Shown: in pieces, positions 1 through 8,855 of the stretch
Layout of the letters: each line of letters begins with the position of its first letter
Numbering within the stretch: position 1 is the stretch's first letter
Source: Nitrospirota bacterium
GTDB taxonomy: Bacteria; Nitrospirota; Thermodesulfovibrionia; SZUA-242
DNA length: 64,000 nucleotides
Direction of reading: 5' to 3'
Assembly (NCBI GenBank): GCA_003235715.1
Contig: QJVM01000155.1
Coordinates: 4,577-68,576 of the forward strand
The notes under the pieces: model-generated
The model's input: the letters and a program-made list of their open reading frames with translations, nothing else
What the model was told of the DNA's origin: nothing
Databases searched by the model: none
Program-made: the position numbers and the translations under genes

Positions 1-687
1 GCCGAGGCAGAGACCGCCGTCGAGGAAGACATCAGCCTCGAAGACCCGTTCGCCGATGCCTTCGAGGAGGAGGCCCCCCCGGTCTACGACCCCCTGGAGC
101 CCATGAACCGGAGCCTGTTCTGGGTTAACGACAAGCTCTACGTTTTCCTCCTGAAGCCTGTGGCCCGCGTATACCGGGTTGTTCCCGAGCGGGTCAGGGT
201 ATCTGTGTCAAACGCCTTCTCCAATATCACCGCGCCGGTCCGGATGGTCAATGCCCTCCTCCAGTTCCGGGGCGAGACCTTCTGGAATGAGCTGGCGCGT
301 TTCGAAATCAACACGACCGTTGGTCTCTGCGGCCTCTTTGACCCGGCACGCAATGTTTTTTCGCTCGAAAAGCGCGAAGAGGACTTCGGGCAGACCCTGG
401 GACACCATGGAATGCCGCCCGGGCCCTATCTTTTCCTCCCCTTTTTCGGACCGTCGAACATTCGGGATGCGGCGGGCACCGGGGTGGACTTTTTTCTGAA
501 CCCGGTCACCTATCTGACCTGGGACTGGACCTTCCTGGAGCAGGCTGGACTCAAGACAGGAGAAGGCATCAACACCCTTTCTCTGGACAAGGATACCTAC
601 GAAGCCATCAAGAGGGATTCTCTCGACCCCTACCTGTTTATCCGGAATGCCTATGCCCAGCACCGAGAGGGGTATATCAGGAAGTAG
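1..687 (+). CDS. mlaA: MlaA/VacJ family outer-membrane lipoprotein; 5'-partial, the ORF is open to the window edge
   Basis: Frame 1 is open from nt 1. The DPLEPMNRxxFxxND...L.PVA..Y motif characteristic of MlaA/VacJ is present, followed by GLCGLFDP and a Pro/Gly-rich stretch. Confidence 0.8.
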   Translation, partial: AEAETAVEEDISLEDPFADAFEEEAPPVYDPLEPMNRSLFWVNDKLYVFLLKPVARVYRVVPERVRVSVSNAFSNITAPVRMVNALLQFRGETFWNELARFEINTTVGLCGLFDPARNVFSLEKREEDFGQTLGHHGMPPGPYLFLPFFGPSNIRDAAGTGVDFFLNPVTYLTWDWTFLEQAGLKTGEGINTLSLDKDTYEAIKRDSLDPYLFIRNAYAQHREGYIRK

Positions 688-836
688 CGGAAGGACCTGT
701 TTCCCTGTTCCGTCAGGAATTTCCGCTGCTAGCGGAACGCGGAGGCGGGGCCGGATGCTAAGATAGGATGCCCCTCGAAAACTGCACGTAAGCGGCACGG
801 CCCGGGGAGCAGTCGGAAAGATGCGGAGGTTGTTCC

Positions 837-1439
837 ATGAAACAAGGAATCATCGTTGCCTGTCTTTGTCTCACCTTGTTCGTCGGTTTACAGGGGTTGG
901 CCAACGCGGGACCCAAGGACGATGTCCAGGGCTCCGTGGACGCCATTCTTGAGATCCTGCGAAACAAGACTCTGCCCAAAGAGGAGTCTCGAAAGAAGAT
1001 ATCGGAAGTGATCCATGCCCGATTCGATTTCGAGGGCATGGCCCAGCGCACCCTCGCCACCAACTGGAAAAGCGCCACGGTCGAGCAGAGAAGGCGGTTT
1101 ACGGACCTTTTTGCCGAGATTCTGGAACAAACGTATATGGGACGGATCGAAGCCTATACGGATGAGAAGGTGGAATACGGCGATGTCAAGACCAAGGGGA
1201 AATCCGCTCTGGTGGAGACCTCCATCGTGACGAGTTCCGTCACGATTCCGATTCATTACAAACTGACTCAGGAGGGTCCGGAGTGGAAGGTCTACGATGT
1301 CGTGATCGAGGAAGTAAGCCTGGTCCGGAACTACCGGGACACCTACCGTGAAATAGTGAAAAAGGACGGCTTTGACGGCCTTTTTGCAAAGATGGAGGAA
1401 AAGATATCTGAAATGAAGAGCGGAAGGGAACAGGGCTGA
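837..1439 (+). CDS. mlaC: MlaC/Ttg2D-family periplasmic phospholipid-binding protein
   Basis: 200 aa with an N-terminal signal peptide (MKQGIIVACLCLTLFVGLQGLANA). It has the Tgt2/MlaC-like layout (ILRNKTLPKEESRKKISEVIHARFDFEGMAQRTL...W) and lies immediately downstream of mlaA. Confidence 0.8.
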   Translation: MKQGIIVACLCLTLFVGLQGLANAGPKDDVQGSVDAILEILRNKTLPKEESRKKISEVIHARFDFEGMAQRTLATNWKSATVEQRRRFTDLFAEILEQTYMGRIEAYTDEKVEYGDVKTKGKSALVETSIVTSSVTIPIHYKLTQEGPEWKVYDVVIEEVSLVRNYRDTYREIVKKDGFDGLFAKMEEKISEMKSGREQG

Positions 1440-1443
1440 AGGA

Positions 1444-1911
1444 ATGACCGACTTGCCGGAAAACGTCTGCCTGCGGGTCAAAGGGGAACTTGCGGCCTTT
1501 CGATTCCTCAATGATGAGGACATGGAAGACCTGCCCTGTTATTTCGGAATTCGTGAAATCCCGGCAGGAACGACCATATGGAAGGAAGGTGATCCCTGCG
1601 ATTACATGGCTTTCATCATCGCCGGCAGACTCGAGGTTAAGAAGGAAACCGAGTTTGCGGGCAAGCAGGTGCTTGTGGGCGTCTACAGCAAGGGAGCGAT
1701 TGCAGGGGAACTCTGCATCCTTGAAGGGCACCCCAGAGAGGTCACGGCGGTTGCCCTCGAGGACACAACGCTCATCGTACTCACGCGGACCAATTTCGAT
1801 CGTCTGGTCTGGGAGCGCCCCGCCCTTGGGGTCAAGTTTATGAAAGGCATCCTGCTCACCGTCTCCAAGCGCCTCCGTAGGTCCTTTGACCGCCTGGCCG
1901 CCATCTTCTGA
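1444..1911 (+). CDS. cyclic-nucleotide-binding (CAP effector-like) domain protein
   Basis: 155 aa. The cNMP-binding fold pattern is present (GD.cDYmafIIaGrLEV...GELcIL.G.PR..T.vALEDTtLivLtR.nF). Confidence 0.7.
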   Translation: MTDLPENVCLRVKGELAAFRFLNDEDMEDLPCYFGIREIPAGTTIWKEGDPCDYMAFIIAGRLEVKKETEFAGKQVLVGVYSKGAIAGELCILEGHPREVTAVALEDTTLIVLTRTNFDRLVWERPALGVKFMKGILLTVSKRLRRSFDRLAAIF

Positions 1912-1979
1912 ACACGTTCCGAGAAAGAAAGCCCTTCAGCCCAACGACCGCAGGGCTCTGAAGGGAACCGGCGATGATC

Positions 1980-3689
1980 CTATGCGGGCCGGATGGCCTT
2001 CAAATGCATCTGAAGGGACTGCCGGCCTTCCCATTCGTTGACCTTCGGCACGAAAGCCACGTCAAGTTTCTCTCCCCCGTTCAGGGCATCAAAACCCTTG
2101 TCGCCGGCATCGAAGAATATGGCGTCGAGAAAGTTGGGCCCTCCGGAGAGGCGCATTTTCAGATGATTACGGCCTACAAGTCGCGAGGAGGCCACGGCCA
2201 GGCCCTTGCATCCGAGCAACGGGGTCTCGTTCCCAAACCCCGTGGGTTCGAGAGATTCCAGTTCCCTGACCAGATCGAGGTTCAGTTCCCCAGCGCCAAC
2301 CCCGGCGTCTATGCTCAGAGGCGGATTCAGGTCTTCCGGTTTCACGCGAGCGCGGAATACCTCGGACAGGCGCATCCGCAGGTCTTGAACCCGGTCGGTC
2401 CCAAGCCTTATCCCCGCGGCCTGGTGATGCCCCCCGAAGCCATCGAGGATATCAGAGCAGGTTTCCAGGGCCGATGTGAGATCGAAGGGAGGAATACTGC
2501 GGCCGGAGCCCTTGGCCAGTCCGTCCTGGACCGCAAGCAGAAAGACAGGGCGTCCCAACCTTCCCACAAGCCGCGCCGCCGCGATGCCGAGCACGCCCGG
2601 GTGCCACCCCTCGGAGCCAAGAACCATAACGTCGGAAATCCCCTCGGATTCGGCCATGGCCCGAGCCTCGGCAAAGACAGCGGCATCGAGTTTCTGTCGC
2701 GCCCGGTTTGCCTCTTCCAGGTAACCGGCCAGACCCTCGGCCTCCGTGGGGTCTTCGGTCTTGAGCAGACGGACCACCGGATGCGCATCACCCATTCGGC
2801 CTGCCGCGTTCAGCCTCGGGGCCAGAACATAGCTCAGTCGGGTACTCGTTAGCCCGGAAGGATCCAGTCCGGCCGCCCTGCACAGGGCCGCAAGACCCGG
2901 TCGCGGCGAGGTTCTCATGACCTCAAGCCCAGCCCGTACCAATATCCGATTCTCATCGCGAAGCGGCACAATGTCCGCCACCGTGCCAAGAGCCACCAGG
3001 TCTAGATACCCCGTCGAGGCTTCCCGCCCGAGAAGCACCTCGGCCATCTTGTAGGCCACCCCAACCCCCGCCAGGGCCGTAAAGGGATAGCGGGCATCGT
3101 TTCGATGGGGGTCGACCACAGCCAGAGCACCGGGAAGAACCCCGGTCTGTTGATGATGGTCCGTGATGATCAGGTCCAGTCCCAGAGAGGCGGCCGCCCT
3201 CGCCTCTTCCACGGCCGTGATCCCGCAGTCCACCGTGACGACCAGCGTATTCCCCTCGTCTGCGGCCTTCTCTAGAAAAGAGACCTTGAGCCCATATCCG
3301 TCCGTCAGCCGGTGTGGAATGACATATCGACATGAAACTCCGAGCCGCTCGAGCACATCCGTCAGAAGGGCCGCAGAGGTCAGACCGTCCACATCGTAAT
3401 CCCCGACCACGAGGACTGACTCTCCCCGTCGGGCCGCCTCGCGGATACGGTCGCAGGCCACCTCCATATCAGGGAGATCCAGGGGGTCGTGAAGGTCTGC
3501 CAGGTCAGGCTCAAGAAAACGGCTCACCTGCTCGGGGGTACGAATTCCGCGCCCCACAAGAATCTGGGCCATGACCCTGGAAATAGAAAAACGTGAGGAC
3601 AGAAAATGGAGGTATTCCGGGTTGGTCCGCGAAACGGTCCAGGGACGATGTCGATCGAAGAAATCAGACATGGACGGGATACCCCTCAT
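1980..3689 (-). CDS. recJ: single-stranded-DNA-specific exonuclease RecJ
   Basis: 569 aa with DHH motifs (VVGDYDVDGLTSAALL; ITDHH) and a DHHA1 C-terminal region, giving RecJ-wide similarity. The start may instead be the internal Met at MSDFF. Confidence 0.9.
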   Translation of the reverse strand: MRGIPSMSDFFDRHRPWTVSRTNPEYLHFLSSRFSISRVMAQILVGRGIRTPEQVSRFLEPDLADLHDPLDLPDMEVACDRIREAARRGESVLVVGDYDVDGLTSAALLTDVLERLGVSCRYVIPHRLTDGYGLKVSFLEKAADEGNTLVVTVDCGITAVEEARAAASLGLDLIITDHHQQTGVLPGALAVVDPHRNDARYPFTALAGVGVAYKMAEVLLGREASTGYLDLVALGTVADIVPLRDENRILVRAGLEVMRTSPRPGLAALCRAAGLDPSGLTSTRLSYVLAPRLNAAGRMGDAHPVVRLLKTEDPTEAEGLAGYLEEANRARQKLDAAVFAEARAMAESEGISDVMVLGSEGWHPGVLGIAAARLVGRLGRPVFLLAVQDGLAKGSGRSIPPFDLTSALETCSDILDGFGGHHQAAGIRLGTDRVQDLRMRLSEVFRARVKPEDLNPPLSIDAGVGAGELNLDLVRELESLEPTGFGNETPLLGCKGLAVASSRLVGRNHLKMRLSGGPNFLDAIFFDAGDKGFDALNGGEKLDVAFVPKVNEWEGRQSLQMHLKAIRPA

Positions 3690-3867
3690 GGCCGACGGAA
3701 CGCTTCAACGAGCCCAACGGCGTCTTACGGTCGTTCCGCCCTCCGTGGCCCCGGGGTAAAGGAGGCCCCGTCGGGACGGGAACCCCAGCCTGTTGAAGCC
3801 TGCACAGGCGGTCCGGCTTATCCCGAAGGAATCCCCTGAAAACCGTGAAGCAGCCCGGAGAACGCGC

Positions 3868-4782
3868 TCAGGACTTTCGCCCCTTCACTCGCCGCTCCCA
3901 GACGAGCACGACAGGGCTTGCAACAAATACGGAGGAGAAGGTTCCGATGAGGATACCGAGGATCATGGCAAAAGAGAAGTCGTGGAGGACTTCGCCGCCA
4001 AACACAAAGAGAGCCCCGGCCGCCAGCAGGGTCGTCAACGATGTCACGAGGGTTCGAGAGAGAACCTCATTGACGCTGAGATTCATAACGTCCATCATGG
4101 TCGCCCCTCGCCTGCGCTTCCCGAGATTCTCACGGATTCGGTCGAAAACCACCACGGTGTCGGTCAGAGAATATCCGGCAATGGTCATCAGAGCCGAAAG
4201 GAAGATCAGGTTAATCTCCTTCCCCATGATCTGGAAGATCCCCAGCACCGCCATCACATCATGGAACGTCGCCACGGTGGCCCCCACGCCGAACTTGAAC
4301 TGAAAGCGCCACGCAATGTACATCAGGATGAAGACCGTGGCCATGATCACCGCCCAGAAGGCATCCGTCTTCAGCCGGGCGCCCACCTTGGGGCCGATCT
4401 CGGTCGTGGAATCCACCACAAAGGTGTTCCCCGGAAGCCCGCTGGAAAGGCTTTTCACGATATTCTCGGAAATGGCGCCCAGCGTCTCCTCCTGGCCTTT
4501 GACCCGGATCAGAACCTTGTTCACGTCGGGAAAGTCCTGAAGGTCCACGTCCTTCACGCCGGCCGAGTCCAGCACTGCTCGAATTTCCTGGAGGGTGACC
4601 GGCTTCTCGAACTTGAGCTGAACGGACGTCCCCCCCGCAAAATCGATTCCGAGATTCGCTTTTCCGGTGATGATCTGCGTCAGCGCAAATAACCCGAGAA
4701 CGAAGAAAATACCCGAAACCACATAGGCAAAGTGGCGCTTGCCCAAAAAATCAATCTTGGTCTGTCCGACAATCGTGATCAT
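3868..4782 (-). CDS. secF: protein-export membrane protein SecF
   Basis: 304 aa. The SecF signature N-terminus (IDFLGKRHFAYVVSGIFFVLGLFAL...GIDFAGGT) and six TM helices are present. It overlaps the secD stop by 4 nt. Confidence 0.9.
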   Translation of the reverse strand: MITIVGQTKIDFLGKRHFAYVVSGIFFVLGLFALTQIITGKANLGIDFAGGTSVQLKFEKPVTLQEIRAVLDSAGVKDVDLQDFPDVNKVLIRVKGQEETLGAISENIVKSLSSGLPGNTFVVDSTTEIGPKVGARLKTDAFWAVIMATVFILMYIAWRFQFKFGVGATVATFHDVMAVLGIFQIMGKEINLIFLSALMTIAGYSLTDTVVVFDRIRENLGKRRRGATMMDVMNLSVNEVLSRTLVTSLTTLLAAGALFVFGGEVLHDFSFAMILGILIGTFSSVFVASPVVLVWERRVKGRKS

Positions 4783-6407
4783 ATGCTGAGACTCGTGACC
4801 TCCTTCCGGCTGTGGACTATATCAAAGACCACCTTGGTGCCAATCAGAGCCGTGAAGAGGTTGATCGAGACACCGAGAAATAGCGTCACCGCGAACCCCT
4901 TGATGGGACCGGTTCCAAACTGGAAAAGGACCGCAGCCGTAATCAGCGTGGTGACATGGGAATCCACGATGGTGATAAAAGCCTTGTCATAACCTGAATC
5001 CACGGCGGCCCGAGGGGTCTTTCCGATCTGCAATTCCTCCCGCATTCTCTCGAACATGAGCACGTTACTGTCCACGGCCATCCCGATAGCCAGAATAACG
5101 CCTGCAATGCCCGGCATCGTGAGGGTCGCACGCAGCCACGCCAACGCCCCCAGAAGCAGGAAGATGTTGAGAACGAGAGCCAGGTCCGCAATCATTCCCG
5201 CCATGCGATAGTACACCAGCATGAACACCACCACGAGGATCATTCCGTACAGACCCGCCTTCTTGCCGGCCTCGATGGAATCCCGGCCCAGGGACGGACC
5301 CACCGTCACATTCTGAAGCATCTTGACCGGCGCCTGAAGCGCACCCGCCTTCAGAACAATGGCCAGGTCCTTGGCGGAGTCCATGGTAAAGCTGCCCGAT
5401 ATCTGAGCCCGTCCACCGGCAATCTTTTCCCGAATCACCGGAGCGGAATGGACGTTGTTGTCAAGAACGATGGCAAACCGCTTGTTGACGTTTTCTCCCG
5501 TGATTTCCTCGAAGAGTCGGGCCCCCTCCGCATTAAACTCAAGGGAGACATACGGTTCATTGAACCGGGAATCAATGCTGACGCGGGCGTCCGTCAGAAG
5601 GTCTCCCGTAATGCGAGACTCCTTCCGGACCAGGTACACCCGCTTGAAGGTCTCGCCCGTCTGTTCATTGACCTCCCGGCCAAACAGGATCTCGTCCTGA
5701 GCAGGGATCCGGTCACCGAATTCCTCGCGGATCCGGGCCTCGTCGGTCACCGCAATCGTAGGAGGCAATTCGGCCGCAACAGGGCTGTCTTCATCCAGCA
5801 TTTTGAACTCGAGCAGGGCCACGCGGTTGATCAGGTCGATAGCTCTCTTGGGGTCTTTCACCCCGGGCAACTGCACCACGATCTCGTTGGCACCCTGACG
5901 ATGAATGGTCGGTTCGGCCACGCCAAATTGATCGATTCGGTTACGAATCGTCTCCAGCGCCTGATCCACGGAATTGGATTTGATGGCCCGGACCTCGCTG
6001 GAACTGAGAGCATAGGTGAGCCCTTCGCCGGTGGTGAAGGATTTCTCGAAGACCGGATACTGATCGGACATGACCTTCTCGGCGGCATCCTGATTCTCGG
6101 ATACGATGCGGATTTCGGTGTCCGTCCGCGTGACCTCGGCCTCGACGCCGTCCCTCTTCAAGGCATCGCTCACACTCCGGGTCAAGCGTTCCATGGTCAC
6201 GTCGACCGCCTTGTCCCATTCCACCTCAAAGACAAGGTGCAATCCCCCCTGAAGGTCCAAACCAAGCACAATCCCGCGCGATGGCATGTTGTCCTTCCAC
6301 CATTGCGGAAGCCGGTCATAAACCGGCGTGGCCGGCAGCAGGAACACCAGTGAAAGAAGTATTGAGGCGGCGATCAGTGCCAGCCGCCATGTGATGTTCT
6401 TCTTCAT
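4779..6407 (-). CDS. secD: protein-export membrane protein SecD
   Basis: 542 aa with SecD topology: N-terminal TM, a large periplasmic domain (LGLDLQGGLHLVFEV) and a C-terminal SecD/F TM bundle. Confidence 0.9.
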   Translation of the reverse strand: MKKNITWRLALIAASILLSLVFLLPATPVYDRLPQWWKDNMPSRGIVLGLDLQGGLHLVFEVEWDKAVDVTMERLTRSVSDALKRDGVEAEVTRTDTEIRIVSENQDAAEKVMSDQYPVFEKSFTTGEGLTYALSSSEVRAIKSNSVDQALETIRNRIDQFGVAEPTIHRQGANEIVVQLPGVKDPKRAIDLINRVALLEFKMLDEDSPVAAELPPTIAVTDEARIREEFGDRIPAQDEILFGREVNEQTGETFKRVYLVRKESRITGDLLTDARVSIDSRFNEPYVSLEFNAEGARLFEEITGENVNKRFAIVLDNNVHSAPVIREKIAGGRAQISGSFTMDSAKDLAIVLKAGALQAPVKMLQNVTVGPSLGRDSIEAGKKAGLYGMILVVVFMLVYYRMAGMIADLALVLNIFLLLGALAWLRATLTMPGIAGVILAIGMAVDSNVLMFERMREELQIGKTPRAAVDSGYDKAFITIVDSHVTTLITAAVLFQFGTGPIKGFAVTLFLGVSINLFTALIGTKVVFDIVHSRKEVTSLSI

Positions 6408-6577
6408 TCAGCCTCCTGGTTCATTTCCACGGGACCGCCGCCTCCGGGACGGCCGTCCCCACAGTTTCACGCATAGTTCAGCCCGGAGCACCTGACGGAT
6501 CTCCGTCAAAGCCCCGGGGGCCACCTGCCATCAAGCTATGAAGGTCTGTCAACCGAAACAGAGAAAGGCGTACTGAA

Positions 6578-6913
6578 TCAGTCCTCGCCGGCCCCCGTCC
6601 TCAGCCGGGCCACTGAAGCCCGGTCAAGTTTAACCTTGACGTTTTCCGCAATCTTGACCGTCACCGTCTTATCAGAAAGGCTGTCCACCAGACCATGCAC
6701 GCCCCCGGCGGTTACGATCTTGTCACCCTTCTTGAGGTTGGCCAGCATCTCCCGCTGTTCTTTGGCCCGTTTCTGTTGCGGGCGAATAATCAGGAAATAA
6801 AAAATAACGAAAATGAGAATAAGAGGGAAAAACTGCATGAGGCCGCCGGCGGCTCCGGGCTGCCCTCCCGCATCCGGCGCGGGGGCCATTGCATAGGCAA
6901 TATCGGTCAGCAC
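6578..6913 (-). CDS. yajC: preprotein translocase subunit YajC
   Basis: 111 aa with the YajC hallmark FFPLILIFVIFYFLIIRPQQKRAKEQREML...GDKIVTAGGVHG. The yajC-secD-secF order is conserved. Confidence 0.85.
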   Translation of the reverse strand: MLTDIAYAMAPAPDAGGQPGAAGGLMQFFPLILIFVIFYFLIIRPQQKRAKEQREMLANLKKGDKIVTAGGVHGLVDSLSDKTVTVKIAENVKVKLDRASVARLRTGAGED

Positions 6914-6997
6914 AAATCACCTCCAAAAAAATTTGACTACTATACACCCTCAACTTCCGATTTGCAAGGGTAACGCCACGCAACTCATTGTTGTTTC

Positions 6998-7026
6998 AAA
7001 AAAAAACCGATTCCCCGGGGAATCGG
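6998..7026 (-). terminator. intrinsic terminator downstream of the zinc-ribbon gene (perfect 20-nt palindrome plus T-tract on the - strand)
   Basis: ccgattccccggggaatcgg (7007-7026) is a perfect inverted repeat. It is followed on the - strand by a run of 9 T (A-run at 6998-7006 on +). Confidence 0.5.
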
Positions 7027-7052
7027 TCCACAGCAAACGACGACCTGAGCGG

Positions 7053-7808
7053 TCACAGTCCCGCGAGTTCGGCCCTGCGCCTCTGATAAAAGTTTTCCAC
7101 AGCCTCCCTATAGAAATCACTCGTGGCGCGGATTTCCGGAGCGATGCGGCTGTTATAGAGCTTCATTCCCTCTCGGATCTCGTCTCCCATGACGTCAAAA
7201 AAAGTATCGTTCCGGATGGAATCCTCCACCATACGAATATGGTAGAGAGCGATATCCGACATGATCGTGCGCGCCAGTCGGCGGGCCCGTTCAATCTCCT
7301 GGCCGGAGGTATCCTCATCCCTCCCTGCCTCCGGCCTTCCCGAAGACTCCTCCGGTGGGTTCACAGAAGCAATTCCGAGAGGAGGTGACCCTACGGCAGA
7401 TTCGGACTCTTGGTGAGGTTCCAACGGAGGGTCCAGGCCAAAGTCTCCTGTCGGGGATTGACTCTCAAAATGCCCTGCCGGCCCGGGGACGGGGTCATTC
7501 CCCCAGCCGGAAAGCGGGTTTTCCAGCCGTAATGAATGCCCCTCCCCTTCTTCCGGGGCGTCTTCGTCACTTGGTGTTTGCCCAAAGCCCGAAAGTACGG
7601 AGCCCCGTTCCTCCGGGGCCGGAGCCTCCTCCGGAGGTTCCGGCCTTGTCATTTCCGGGTCAGGAGGGGGGAGCGGTTGGGCCGGTGCAGGTCCTCTGAC
7701 GAGAAAGATGCCGCCACAAGCCGGACATCGAAACTTCATTCCGCCCCCCCCCACCTTCTCATCCTGAACCTTGAGCTTCTTTGTGCATTTAGGACAACGA
7801 ACGAGCAT
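7053..7808 (-). CDS. MJ0042-type zinc-ribbon protein with a Pro-rich linker and a conserved C-terminal domain of unknown function
   Basis: Start chosen at ATG 7808, which has a GAGGAG RBS 8 nt upstream, rather than the ORF-track start. The N-terminus MLVRCPKCTKKLKV...FRCPACGGIF is a 4-Cys zinc ribbon. It is followed by ~150 aa that are P/E/G-rich and then a ~75-aa helical C-terminus. Confidence 0.6.
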   Translation of the reverse strand: MLVRCPKCTKKLKVQDEKVGGGGMKFRCPACGGIFLVRGPAPAQPLPPPDPEMTRPEPPEEAPAPEERGSVLSGFGQTPSDEDAPEEGEGHSLRLENPLSGWGNDPVPGPAGHFESQSPTGDFGLDPPLEPHQESESAVGSPPLGIASVNPPEESSGRPEAGRDEDTSGQEIERARRLARTIMSDIALYHIRMVEDSIRNDTFFDVMGDEIREGMKLYNSRIAPEIRATSDFYREAVENFYQRRRAELAGL

Positions 7809-7991
7809 GATGAAAGTCTCCTCTGGATTGAAATCGAAGGGTCCGGCCCGCACCCACAAATGGGGGCCAGACCCGGGGACATCAGCACCTCACTGCCCTC
7901 TTCTATCGGCTATTCGGGGGCCGGACTGAAGGTCGCCGCCAGACAACGAGCCTGATTTGACAAACCTGCCCCGGGCCCGGAACAATGCCTC

Positions 7992-8777
7992 ATGTCAGAA
8001 CCTCTTCGGCGTGAGAAGGATGCCCAGCCGGGGCGGGTTTCCCTCGAAAACGGAACCTTCCGGTTTTCCTGCCGTCCCGAAAACCCCTGCTTCAACAAGT
8101 GCTGCCTCAATCCGGACCTCGAGCTTTATCCCTACGATATCGTTCGGTTGAGCGGCCATCTCGGCCTCACCTCGGACGTCTTTCTGAAAACCTACACGTT
8201 CAACAAGAAACGGTCAAACCCCTATTTTCCGTCGGTCATGCTGACGATGAGCAGGGAGCCCGGGCGGCCCTGCCCCTTTCTTTCGCCGAAAGGCTGCCAG
8301 GTCTATGACGATCGGCCCGATGCCTGCCGGATGTTCCCGTTGGAGCGAGGAGTTTCGGTGGTTCCCTTTTCCGATGCCCCACCGCAGGAGCAGTACTGGT
8401 TGCAGCGCGTTCCCCACTGCCTGGGTCACGGTCTGGGAGACGAAAAGAGCGTGGCCCTATGGTGTGAGGAACAGGGACTGGACCCGTATAACCGGATGGG
8501 GCTGCTTTGGACCGAGATGAGCCTCCTTTTCAGGAGAAACCCCTGGGGGCCTGATGGGGCTGAAGGACGTCTCTTCCGGATGGCCTATATGGCCTGCTAC
8601 AACGTGGACCAGTTCAAAAGTTTCGTCTTCGAGTCGTCCTTCCTTCAACGTTACCGACTTCATGAAAACTGGGAGGAGCGCCTCGCAGGAAACCGGGAAG
8701 ATCTCCTTGAATTCGGTTTTGACTGGTTGAAATACTTCATGTTCAACGCACGGCCCCGCCTCTTCACACCGGCCTGA
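7992..8777 (+). CDS. YkgJ/UPF0153-family putative Fe-S/Zn-binding protein (CxxCxxCC cluster)
   Basis: 261 aa containing the FSCRPENPCFNKCC...C...C cysteine pattern typical of the YkgJ family. Confidence 0.7.
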   Translation: MSEPLRREKDAQPGRVSLENGTFRFSCRPENPCFNKCCLNPDLELYPYDIVRLSGHLGLTSDVFLKTYTFNKKRSNPYFPSVMLTMSREPGRPCPFLSPKGCQVYDDRPDACRMFPLERGVSVVPFSDAPPQEQYWLQRVPHCLGHGLGDEKSVALWCEEQGLDPYNRMGLLWTEMSLLFRRNPWGPDGAEGRLFRMAYMACYNVDQFKSFVFESSFLQRYRLHENWEERLAGNREDLLEFGFDWLKYFMFNARPRLFTPA

Positions 8778-8855
8778 CGCCGGCCGCCGCACCCCGACCA
8801 GAAGCGAAACTCCATCCAAGCCTCTTCGAGGGCCTCTCCTTCTGGACCCTTGCTC

